Shown: positions 51,362 through 61,277 of the stretch, in pieces
How the letters are laid out: each line of letters begins with the position of its first letter
How positions within the stretch are numbered: position 1 is the first letter of the stretch
Origin: an uncultured cyanobacterium
GTDB taxonomy: Bacteria > Cyanobacteriota > Cyanobacteriia > Cyanobacteriales > Cyanobacteriaceae
DNA: 64,000 bases
Reading direction: 5' to 3'
Assembly: GCA_963749915.1 (NCBI GenBank)
Contig: CAVVOP010000022.1
Location: 352,001-416,000 of the forward strand
Position numbers and translations under genes: made by a program
The notes under the pieces: generated by a model
The model's input: only the letters and a program-made list of their open reading frames with translations
Told to the model about the DNA's origin: nothing
The model's database searches: none

Positions 51362-52817
51362 TTGCATATAGTAATCGTAGATCTAACAAAGTCCGAAAGA
51401 GCTGAACTCGAGCAGCTAACCAAGAAAGGAAAAATAGCAGCTTACAAAATGAACCATGCCAGAATACTATTGTTAGCGGATGTCAATCAACCAGAAGGCG
51501 GTTGGACAGATCTAAAAATCAGTGAAGCCTTAAATGTTAGTCAAGCAACAATTGAGAGAGTGCGGCAAAGATTTGTCGAATCAGGGATTGAATCGGCTTT
51601 AACTAGAAGAGAGCAAGAGAATCGTCGAAGCAAAATTATCGATGGTGAAAAAGAAGCTTATCTAATTGCAATTGCTTGTAGTGAAACCTCAATGGGACAA
51701 GCAAAATGGACACTTCAAATGCTGGCAGATAAAATGGTCGAACTTCAATATGTGGAAAAAGTATCGAGAGAAACTATTGGAAAAACATTAAAAAAAACGA
51801 ATTGAAACCATGGCTGAATGAATCATGGGTGATTCCGCCAAAGTCTAATGCTGAATTTGTCTGTTCCATGGAAGATGTCTTGGATATTTATCACAGAGAG
51901 TATGATTCTCAAAATCTATGGGTTTGTTTTGATGAAAGTTGTAAACAGTTAGTCAAAGAGGTCAAGAAAAAAATCGAAGCAGAGCCAGGAAAAAAAGAAC
52001 GTTATGACTATACAATATGAACGTAATGGTGTTGCCAATCTGTTTATGTTTTTTGAGCCATTACAAGGTTGGCGACATGTAGAAGTGACACAACAAAGAA
52101 CAGCATCGATTATGCACGCTCTTATGAAATATTTAGTCGATGAACGTTATCCTGATGCCGAAAAAATTAGAGTAATTCAAGACAACTTAAATACTCATGC
52201 AAAAGCCTCATTGTATAAAGCCTTTGAACCGAAAGAGGCGAAAAGAATTTTAGATAAACTCGAATTTCATTACACTCCCAAACATGGCAGCTGGTTAAAT
52301 ATGGCAGAAATTGAGTTGAGCGTTTTGAATCGTCAATGTCTCGAGCGTCGTATCCCAGACATGGATAGTTTAAAGCAAGAAATTGCAGCGTGGGAAGAGA
52401 AACGAAATGAAAAGTCAAATTCAGTCACGCTCTTATGAAATATTTAGTCGATGAACGTTATCCTGATGCCGAAAAAATTAGAGTAATTCAAGACAACTTA
52501 AATACTCATGCAAAAGCCTCATTGTATAAAGCCTTTGAACCGAAAGAGGCGAAAAGAATTTTAGATAAACTCGAATTTCATTACACTCCCAAACATGGCA
52601 GCTGGTTAAATATGGCAGAAATTGAGTTGAGCGTTTTGAATCGTCAATGTCTCGAGCGTCGTATCCCAGACATGGATAGTTTAAAGCAAGAAATTGCAGC
52701 GTGGGAAGAGAAACGAAATGAAAAGTCAAATTCAGTTGACTGGAGATTTACTACTGCTGATGCTCGTATTAAACTCAAGAAACTCTATCCCTCAATTCAA
52801 AGTTGACGGACTACTAG
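51362..52817 (+). mobile_element. Decayed IS630-family element (transposase pseudogene)
   Basis: ARILLLAD HTH, A-run frameshift into ELKPW, CFDE, QDNLNTH, YTPKHGSWLNMAEIE; extra frameshift near 52012; right end TTGACGGACTACTAG; matching left end not seen. Confidence 0.92.
52115..52736. repeat. Exact 311-bp tandem duplication inside IS630 transposase
   Basis: CACGCTCTTATG...AATTCAGT at 52115-52425 and 52426-52736. Confidence 0.95.
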
Positions 52818-52944
52818 CAGAAGATTGGAGAAAACGCCGATATAAAGCAGCTTTTGTAGCTAAACTGAATGATTGTGAGGCAGAAGCGGCAAGAAACTCA
52901 AGTTTGGTTAAAGTTTGCCGTCTCATGTCAGTATCTCACGGTCG

Positions 52945-53169
52945 AACAAGGAAGATAGTACAAACGAAAAAGGGTCTTTTCAGCTATTTATGTATTATTT
53001 GTAACAAAATGTTTCTTAAACGATTCCCCTCTTCCTTGTCCACTTTCCACCCTTGTCCCCGCAAGTCTTCACCCTCATCAGAATGTTTTTTACAAAAACC
53101 GACACCTGTGAGCCACACTCCCCACACTTCTCATTTGATCAAGTTTTTCAGCTTAACCGAGTAGTATTG
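52945..53169. repeat. Inverted copy of the 45546-45770 repeat
   Basis: GATAGTACAAACGAAAAAGGGTCTTTTCAGC...CACACTTCTCAT; ends CTTAACCGAGTAGTATTG. Confidence 0.85.
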
Positions 53170-53276
53170 ACTCACACCTCCCATACCTCCCACACTCCCT
53201 TGTCTCATGACCTCAAGAAATATCCCGTGAAAAGTTAGCTTAAGCTAATCAATAAGTCCAAAAAACATTTTATTTC

Positions 53277-54463
53277 GGCTCTTCTACAGTGAGTATGACA
53301 AATTAAGTGCAAAAACTTTGAGGTGGTCAAAGCGACTGATTACCATTTTATTACTGACAACGAAATTTTAATTACATTATCGAATCAAACATCAGAGTCA
53401 ACTTGCCCTTATTGTCATACTATTACTAATAAAATACACCAAGTTCATTATTATCGAATTAGAGATATACCTTTGAGTGGTTATGATGTGTTTTTAAATA
53501 TTAACCGTCGTCAATTTCGATGCTCTAATTGCCATCTCATTTTTAGTGAAGAGCTAAATTTTGTCAAAAAAAGAAGAACTTATACAATTAGATTAGCAGA
53601 AAAAGTAGTGAAAGAAGTGCTAGAAAGTGATATTCTCAACACGGCAAAAAGAAATGGAATGACTCCCAGAGAAATAGAAACCTTATTAAAAGAAAAATCA
53701 GAGGATTTATTAGAAGAAAAACCAAAGGATTTAAAAAGATTAGGAATTGATGAAATAACTCAGTTAAAAGGAGGAAAGAATTACGCCGCAGTGTTAGTGG
53801 ATTTAGACAAAAAAAACCGATAGCAATTTTAGAAAACAGGAGTAAAGAGACAATGGGAAAATATTTGATAAGTCTAGGTTGTGAGGTGTTAAATCAAATT
53901 GAAGAAGTCAGTATAGATTTGTGGATAGGATATAAAACTTTGGCATTGGAGTTAATGCCAAATGCAAACGTAGTAGCAGATAGATTTCATGTAATGAAAC
54001 AAATAAATGAAGAATTAGATCTGATGCGAAAAAAGCAAAAAAGGGCAGCTTCAGAAATCAAAAATGAAGTAGAAAGGGAGGAAAAAATAGAGGGATTGAA
54101 AAATAGTAAATACCCGTTATTAAAAAAGAAAGAAAAGCTCAATGAAGTAGAAAAAGAGGCACGGAGGGATATATTTGAAAGTGAAATAACAGCAGAAGAA
54201 GCATTAGATAAAATAGCGGAATGGATGAAATCAGCACAGAAATATTTTCCCAAAAGTTATCAAACAATAAGAAGATGGCTAGATGAAATATTAGGCTATT
54301 TTGACAACAGAACAAGTCAAGGTATAGTAGAAGGAATTAACCAAAAAATTAAGCTGATTAAGAGAAGAGCTTATGGCATGACAAATTTTGATAATTTTAG
54401 GCGAAGAATCTTATTAAATTGGTCTGTATCTTAAAAATGTATCATAGCTACTGTAGAAGAACC
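53277..54463 (+). mobile_element. Decayed ISL3-family element
   Basis: IRs GGCTCTTCTACAGT / ACTGTAGAAGAACC; CPYC zinc finger, GIDE, SIDLW, ADRFHV, EGINQKIKLIKRRAYG; frameshift in A-run near 53810. Confidence 0.93.
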
Positions 54464-54906
54464 AAGAATGTCAATATTTCATTTCTTATAGAAAAATCTT
54501 GAGAGAATTTACTGTCAATTTCGGTGTCAAAAATCTTTGAATCACACTTGATAAAATCCAAAGTTTTATTCTTTTGTTCATCATTTTTTGAATTAGAATG
54601 ATTGTTTTCGAAGTTATTATTTTTCTCTATTAGCTCAATATTTATTGCATTTTCTGCGATGGGTTCGATGTTTATATTATTTTTTGATTCCAACTCTGGA
54701 AAAAGTTCGGATATTTTTTCTAATTCATCTTCATTTTTACTTTTATTTAATGTTTGTCCATAAAATACCACTCCTAAAACTGTTATGATCCCGGCAATTT
54801 TAACATAATTATATTTTAATAAAAACCCAATTAATAAAATTAATAAACCACTACTAATACCTAAGATAGAGATTTTTTTGCTAGAATTTTTACGATCATT
54901 ATTCAT
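54448..54906 (-). pseudogene. AT-rich hypothetical two-TM protein gene, 3' end cut by ISL3
   Basis: Last residues VLLQ-stop are read from the ISL3 right IR. Confidence 0.55.
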
Positions 54907-55106
54907 GACTAAATTTTATTGCTAAAAATTTTGAGACTTGGATATTGACTTATTTGAAGATTACCCAAATTTTTAAAAACTCTTCGGTAAATATACGTAA
55001 ATTTAAAATTAGTAATTATACACCCTCTTTTCTAAAATTTCTATAAAAAGCACTATCGTTATTTTTAAATTCCTCATTAGTAGTAAAAAAATTTGAGTTT
55101 TATCAT

Positions 55107-55922
55107 TCAAAAATGATCTTGCCAATTGTCTTTTCTGGGATGAGCGATATTTTTTAATTCTTCCGTAAGTTTATTATTAATTGCTAATTTCTGCTCGAGA
55201 TAACTGTACCAATTATTCATACCTTCTCCACTACGGGAAGAAACCTTAAAAATTTGAGCTTGGGGTGCAATTTTTTTGATATTGTCCAAAGCTAAATCTT
55301 CATTAAAACCTACGGCATTAGCAATATCTATTTTGTTAATAATTACCACATCAGCCGTTTTAAAAATAGTGGGATATTTTAATGGTTTATCTTCTCCTTC
55401 CGTCACCGATAATATAACTATCCTTTCATTTTCTCCTAAATCATAAGCGGCAGGACAAACTAAATTGCCAACATTTTCAATTATCAATAACTGAAAATTT
55501 TTTAAATCAATTTGTTTAAGAGAATCATTAATCATTTCTGCTTCCAAATGACAAACATCTCCGGTGGTTATTTGCATAACTTCCGCTTTACTTCTTCTTA
55601 ATCTTTGGGCATCATTATCTGTGGCTAAATCCCCAACTATAACAGCACTTTCATAGGTACCATACAGATCGGTTAATGTTTTTTCAATAAAAGTAGTTTT
55701 TCCTGAACCCGGAGAAGATAATACATTAAATACATAAATGTTTTCTGCTTGAAATAATTCCCGGTTATGGTGGGCTAAATGATCATTTTTTGCTAATATA
55801 GCCTGATGAATATTAATAGTTTTAGAGTTGTGATTGTGGTCATGATTATGATGTTGATGAGACTTACTATTATTAATTTGAATATTTTGAGGAGTAACGC
55901 TACAACCGCAATTAGTACACAT
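55107..55922 (-). CDS. hypB: Hydrogenase nickel-incorporation GTPase HypB
   Basis: MCTNCGC start (ATG 55922), His-rich tract, SSPGSGKT, CHLEA, ENVGNLVCPA, EGEDKPLKYP. Confidence 0.96.
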   Translation of the reverse strand: MCTNCGCSVTPQNIQINNSKSHQHHNHDHNHNSKTINIHQAILAKNDHLAHHNRELFQAENIYVFNVLSSPGSGKTTFIEKTLTDLYGTYESAVIVGDLATDNDAQRLRRSKAEVMQITTGDVCHLEAEMINDSLKQIDLKNFQLLIIENVGNLVCPAAYDLGENERIVILSVTEGEDKPLKYPTIFKTADVVIINKIDIANAVGFNEDLALDNIKKIAPQAQIFKVSSRSGEGMNNWYSYLEQKLAINNKLTEELKNIAHPRKDNWQDHF

Positions 55923-56001
55923 AGTTTTTATCTTAATTAATTTATAATAAACTTTTAAGTTAATTATCGGAAGAAATCCAAGAGAACAATGTATAAATGT
56001 T

Positions 56002-56343
56002 TTAACAAACTTCAAGAGATATTAATTTAATTTCTTTACCTTGAACAATGTTATTAGTAAATTGATGACAATTAGGACATTGGAAAAACCATTCATCAGG
56101 CTGAAATTTTTGCTGACAATGATCACAATAACAAATAATGGGTAGGGATTTTATTTTGAGAGCAGAATTTTCTGCAATTGTACCTTTTATGATCACATCA
56201 AAAGCAAATTTTAACGCCTCAGGTACAACTCCGGACATTTTACCGATACAAATAGTCATCTCTTTAATTTCTGTGGCATTTTCTCGGATAGCATAATCAA
56301 TCGCAATATTCAAAGTTTGCTCCATTATTCCGATTTCGTGCAT
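56002..56343 (-). CDS. hypA: Hydrogenase nickel metallochaperone HypA
   Basis: MHE, G.MSGV, CxxC and CPxC. Confidence 0.95.
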   Translation of the reverse strand: MHEIGIMEQTLNIAIDYAIRENATEIKEMTICIGKMSGVVPEALKFAFDVIIKGTIAENSALKIKSLPIICYCDHCQQKFQPDEWFFQCPNCHQFTNNIVQGKEIKLISLEVC

Positions 56344-56357
56344 TTTTTTATAAACAA

Positions 56358-56822
56358 CTATTCTATTTTATTGATAATTTGTTTAACAATTTTTAAAGTT
56401 ATGGGAATGCCTTTTTTTGCTAATTCCGATAATTTTTCTCCTAAATCAAGATTATTAACAGGAATGGTAATTAGCCAACTTTTAGGAGATTTATGGTAAA
56501 TTAATTGAGTTAAGTATAGCAAATATTCTGGGATACAATAATGTCCATCATATTCATTTTTGTTATTAATTTTAAATCGCGGTAATAAAATAGCTCTTAC
56601 TTCATCATCATTATTCATACAAGCATCAATAAAAATAATATTTGGAAATATTGCTATTTTTTCTACCAACTCAGGAGTTAATTGATGTTGAGAAATACAT
56701 TTTACTCGAGGTGAAGTCCATGTTTTTATTTTTTCCACTACAATTTGCCCAACTCCATCATCACTTCGTAAAGTATTTCCATAGCCAATAATTAAAAATT
56801 TATTTTGTTTATTACTACTCAT
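56358..56822 (-). CDS. hoxW: Hydrogenase maturation protease (HoxW-like)
   Basis: IGYGNTLRSDDGVG, HQLTPEL, FIDA. Confidence 0.8.
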   Translation of the reverse strand: MSSNKQNKFLIIGYGNTLRSDDGVGQIVVEKIKTWTSPRVKCISQHQLTPELVEKIAIFPNIIFIDACMNNDDEVRAILLPRFKINNKNEYDGHYCIPEYLLYLTQLIYHKSPKSWLITIPVNNLDLGEKLSELAKKGIPITLKIVKQIINKIE

Positions 56823-56889
56823 AAGCTGTTAGGAACCTAAATTTATTCACAAGGACAGAGGAGGAAGAGACAATAAGGAAGAAATTTAT

Positions 56890-57394
56890 GGTCCTGCATC
56901 AAACAACTGTGGGATAGGGTGGTTTATCTCAAAAGGAAGCACTCTTTGATAACCTCCCCAGCCATCAGTGTTCCAGTTCTTCGTGTCTGTCTTTCCCTAT
57001 TTCATCAGCACTAACTTCTTCTGTCTCTACTTGTTGAACTTCAGCATTATGTACCATTTGGGCTTTTTGGCTGGCATCTCTGATGAGAGAAACCACTGTG
57101 CCGTAAGCTAGCTTTGCCACTGATTCGACTCACTCCTCTCAGGCTACTTCCTTCGGCGTGAGATTGGAGAATAGTGTGAACTTCAGTCGGACTTAGATGG
57201 CGGTTATAGTAAAGAGTGTCAAAATGTTCAGGGAAAGTTTTACCACATTGAGGACATTTATAATGCTAGTGTCCTTTCTCAGTTTTTCCATGTTTGTGAG
57301 CTTTATGGTGACCGCACAGAAGACATTTCATAGAAAAAATCAGAATGCTACTTTTCTATCATACTCTCATCCCACAGATTTTTGTTTCACGACC
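56890..57394 (-). mobile_element. Internally deleted IS1-family element
   Basis: IRs GGTCGTGAAACAAAAATCTGTGGGAT / GGTCCTGCATCAAACAACTGTGGGAT; minus strand MKCLLCGH..AHKHGK..KGH*HYKCPQCGKTF...HAEGSSLRGVSRI with stop and frameshifts. Confidence 0.88.
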
Positions 57395-57528
57395 AAAAAA
57401 ATTAAAATGATGATTGAGGAAATACAAAACAATGATCTTTAAGTTGTTATGTCGGTCATGAAAAATTCAGCTATCATGAGTACCAATGAACCCACAATAT
57501 TCAGCCAAAATTAAAATTTTAAAAAAAA

Positions 57529-59229
57529 ATGTCTAGTAAATCTAACCATCCCCTGATCCTTATAGGTCTTGATGCCGCTCAACCTCCACTGTTGGAAGAG
57601 TGGATATCCAAAGGATATTTACCCAATATATCTCGCCTCAAATCTGAGGGCGTTTATGGACACTTAGAGAATTTTCGGGATTCTAATGTCGAAACGGCTT
57701 GGACTACCGTAGCCACAGGTTGTTCCCCTCAAACCACCGGATATTGGGCTGCGATGGGTTTAAAGGAAGGCACTTACGAAACTGAAACTCGTGCCGCTTA
57801 CGATTTTCAGGAATATTCTCCCTTTTTCGCTCATTTAAAAGATTATCGCATCGCCACTTTTGATGTGCCACAATTGAGAATTAGAGATGATATTAACGGG
57901 CTACAAATCGGTGGTTGGGGTGCTCACTCTCCCCAAGTACCTAGTTCCTCAGTACCAGAATCTTTATGGCAAGAAATTATTTCTAAACATGGCAATCATC
58001 CGGGTTTACATCGTGATTATGCTGTTTCTTTAGACTTAGAAGGCACATTAGAAATAGAAAAAAGACTACTGACGGGTATAGATAGACGCATCAAAATTTG
58101 TAAAGACCTATTGAGTAGAGAGTCTTGGGATTTATTTTACATGGTATTTGGAGAAACCCACGGTGGTGGTCATCTTTTCTGGCATTTAAGTCAATCAGAT
58201 CATCCCCTTTATAACGTTTTTCAACCATTGATTGATCATGATCCCTTACTCAAAACCTATCAGGCCATTGATAAAGGCATTGGAGAAATACTAGAAGTTG
58301 CTCCCCCTGACGCTAACATTATCTTGTTTTCAGCCCATGGCATGGGTACGGCTCAAATTGATTTACCCAGCTTTATTTTCTTACCTGAATTACTTTATCG
58401 TTATAGCTTCCCGGGTAAATATGCTCTAGGTTATAGTGATCCCTTTGAACCAATACCACCAATGATTACCTCAATGAAATGGAATTACTGGGAGAGAAAT
58501 ATTTGGGGTACTAAATATGATGCTAATCCTTTACGCCGTTTTTTACGAAATGAACTTCCCACTAAACTTTTTAATCTCTTTCAACCATGGATTGATCCCA
58601 TCAGAGATGATGATTTGATTTTTGATACTCAGTTAAGAAAACAAGGGGAAAGAGTAGTTCCCTGGAATCCAGCACAATGGTATAAACCTTTATGGTCAAA
58701 AATGAAAGCCTTTGCTATTCCTAGCTTTGCCGAGGGTTATGTTCGCATAAATCTCAAAGGAAGAGAACCTCAAGGAATTGTTGATCCTTCTGAATATGAT
58801 ACGGTTTGTGAGGAAATTTCTGAACTACTTTACTCTCTCAAAGATGCTCGCAATGGTCTTCCCATGGTAACTCGCATTGTGCGTACCCGTAAAGATAGTA
58901 GCGATCGCAATCCCAAATTACCCGATGCCGATCTGATTGTGGTGTGGAGAGAGGAACATATGACGGATGTAGTCGAAAGTCATACTCAAGGAAGAATAGG
59001 ACCTTTTCCCTTTTACCGTTCGGCCAGTCATCGAGAAAAAGGTTTTATCTTAGCCTGTGGAGAAAATATACCAAAAGGTTTAGAATTGTCGGATGCTCAT
59101 GTCTTAGATCTTCCCCCGACCATTTTAAGTCTGATGGGAGCAAATATTCCCGAACACTTGGAGGGAAAAACTTTATTAAAACTTCAATTAAATGATCTGG
59201 TCATAAATCGTCCACCTGATTATAATTAA
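57529..59229 (+). CDS. Alkaline-phosphatase-superfamily protein (type I phosphodiesterase/nucleotide pyrophosphatase-like)
   Basis: IGLDAA, AWTTVATG, H..GH.FW, SAHG, RINLKGREP.G.V, H...G, DL.PTIL. Confidence 0.85.
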   Translation: MSSKSNHPLILIGLDAAQPPLLEEWISKGYLPNISRLKSEGVYGHLENFRDSNVETAWTTVATGCSPQTTGYWAAMGLKEGTYETETRAAYDFQEYSPFFAHLKDYRIATFDVPQLRIRDDINGLQIGGWGAHSPQVPSSSVPESLWQEIISKHGNHPGLHRDYAVSLDLEGTLEIEKRLLTGIDRRIKICKDLLSRESWDLFYMVFGETHGGGHLFWHLSQSDHPLYNVFQPLIDHDPLLKTYQAIDKGIGEILEVAPPDANIILFSAHGMGTAQIDLPSFIFLPELLYRYSFPGKYALGYSDPFEPIPPMITSMKWNYWERNIWGTKYDANPLRRFLRNELPTKLFNLFQPWIDPIRDDDLIFDTQLRKQGERVVPWNPAQWYKPLWSKMKAFAIPSFAEGYVRINLKGREPQGIVDPSEYDTVCEEISELLYSLKDARNGLPMVTRIVRTRKDSSDRNPKLPDADLIVVWREEHMTDVVESHTQGRIGPFPFYRSASHREKGFILACGENIPKGLELSDAHVLDLPPTILSLMGANIPEHLEGKTLLKLQLNDLVINRPPDYN

Positions 59230-59275
59230 TTGAACATCGAGAATATTGTCCTTATATTTTGAACAAATAAAGATC

Positions 59276-60146
59276 ATGAATATCCGCAAATTATTATTTT
59301 CGTCGGCCTCGCTTGTTACCACTATAGTATCCAGTAGTTTGATTGCCTCCCCAGCTGAGGCTTTAGTGATTGGAGGTAGTAATATTAGAGGGGGGACTTC
59401 ACTGGGGTCAACGAAAATAACAGATGCACCAAACAATAAGTGTAATGTAGTATCAGGGTTTGATCATATGTCCGTTAGGAGATATTACAGTCTTAAATCA
59501 AGCCCCATCACAAGTCTCCAACGATTCTGTAATTGTTGATGGTTCTTTGATTTCCACAGTAAAAATACTTGCTTTTGATGAGAAGCAAAACATTAGACTA
59601 GATCAAAACATTCAAATATGGGACGACTTTAATTTTGGTACGCCCTATGATCCAACAGTTGACCTTAGTTTTTATGCAAATAATCCTACTATTAACGTGT
59701 CTTCGGGTACTTTACTAAGTAGTCATTTAATCTTTTTAGATCCGATAGCTGAAGATGGAACAGCTCACCGGGCAAGATGGTCAGGACAAATAAATTTTGA
59801 TCAAGAAATCTTAGGAATTATTCCTATCAGTGGTGGTGCGTCATCTAATAATTTAATCGGATCAACTAATTTATTTGGTTTAGATACGACAATTTATAAT
59901 TTTAGAGGACGAACACTGGATTATGGTTTGCAAGATGTTGCCACTTTCAATGGTAATACTCTGTCTTTTGATCTTAATGCGTTTATTGGAATGGATCCTA
60001 TTCGTGTTATTACTAGAGGATCGGTTGAACCAGTACCTGAACCATTGACAATTATGGGTAGTGGTTTAGCCTTCGGTTTAGGATTGATGTTTAAACGTAA
60101 ATCATTGACAACTGAAAAGTCTCAAAAAGTTACAACAACTTCATGA
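59276..60146 (+). pseudogene. PEP-CTERM surface protein split by a single frameshift near 59460
   Basis: Signal peptide MNIRKLL...SPAEA in one frame; VPEPLTIMG-TM-KRK sorting tail in the next; removing one T from GGGTTTG fuses them. Confidence 0.8.
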
Positions 60147-60420
60147 AAGTGATTATAAGGCTCTTTGGGACTTTAGGCTTAAGCCTACAGTTTCTAAACT
60201 CTGGGCTTCTTTTGGGATAAGCTTAAGTACCCGAAGCGGATCCCTGTGGATCGCAAACTAACAGAAATCAGGATTTTGAGTTTTTGTTAGAAAATAATGG
60301 GGCGATCGCTTCTATCAAAGAGTTCTACGATTCAGCAAGGACAAGTGTTTTCCTAGAGTCCTAGAAGAGCGATAATTAATCCGTTAATTTCTTTTGATTA
60401 AATAAAACTTTTTTATAGAT

Positions 60421-61233
60421 ATGAACAAAAAAGTTATTAAAAATCTTGTTTATCCCGTTATTAAATCACCTCCCGATTTTTTAATTATCGGAACTCAAAA
60501 AGGTGGAACAACTTCAATTGCTAGGTATTTAGAACAACATCCACAAATTATACCAAATAATAGTTGGAAAGAAGTTAGATACTACGATCTACCCGAAAAT
60601 TATGAGCAGGGTTGGGGATGGTATTTAGGTAATTTTCCTTTTAAATGGCAAAAAAAAGATCTTCTAACTTTTGATGCTTCTCCTAGTTACTTACATTTTC
60701 CCCATATACCAGCATTAATAAAAAAAGATTTGCCAAAAATAAAGATGATTGTTTTGTTAAGAAATCCAGTTACTAGGGCTTATTCTGGGTGGCGGATGTA
60801 TCATAGTTTCAGTAATAACCCCCATAAACATATGAAAAATATTACTGATTATCGAACTTTTGCAGAAGCGATACAAGAGGAATTAAACCCTGAATTCAAT
60901 ACGGCTAAATACCCTTATGATTATATTAATAGGGGTAAATATATTGAACAATTAGAAAATTATTATCAATATTTTAATCGAGATAATATTTTAATCTTAA
61001 ATTTTGATTTATTTAAAAATGACTTAGATTCTTTACTCAATAAAACTTGTGAATTCTTAGAAATTCAAAATTTTTCAGAGACAAAAATCAAGCAATTTAA
61101 AGAAGAAAAACATAATGTGGGTAAATATCAAAAAAGTTCTGAAGATGAAGAAACCTTAGAATTTTTAAAACACTATTTTAAACCTTTTAATGAAAGATTG
61201 TATCAGCTTTTAGATTATAATTATGACTGGTAA
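60421..61233 (+). CDS. Sulfotransferase (family 1; heparan-sulfate-ST-like PSB loop)
   Basis: PDFLIIGTQKGGTT, KE, ASPSY, LRNPVTRAYS, RGKY. Confidence 0.92.
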   Translation: MNKKVIKNLVYPVIKSPPDFLIIGTQKGGTTSIARYLEQHPQIIPNNSWKEVRYYDLPENYEQGWGWYLGNFPFKWQKKDLLTFDASPSYLHFPHIPALIKKDLPKIKMIVLLRNPVTRAYSGWRMYHSFSNNPHKHMKNITDYRTFAEAIQEELNPEFNTAKYPYDYINRGKYIEQLENYYQYFNRDNILILNFDLFKNDLDSLLNKTCEFLEIQNFSETKIKQFKEEKHNVGKYQKSSEDEETLEFLKHYFKPFNERLYQLLDYNYDW

Positions 61234-61277
61234 ATGCAATTATAAAAACTTATTTAAAACCTTTGTAAATATCAGAT

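Noticed and set aside
52167..52729. Two identical 83-aa minus-strand ORFs
   Set aside because: Antisense to the duplicated IS630 segment
52694..53238. ORFs 52694-53164, 53053-53238 and the similar 45497-45706
   Set aside because: Chance frames across IS end and the shared non-coding repeat
3082..54996. GTA...TAC palindromes at 3082, 27349, 51005, 51032, 54987 as NtcA/LexA sites
   Set aside because: Spacers of 4-6 nt fit neither consensus and are expected in AT-rich DNA
57197..57442. ORF MAVIVKSVKMF... and its twin within 62567-63094
   Set aside because: Antisense readings of IS1 InsA
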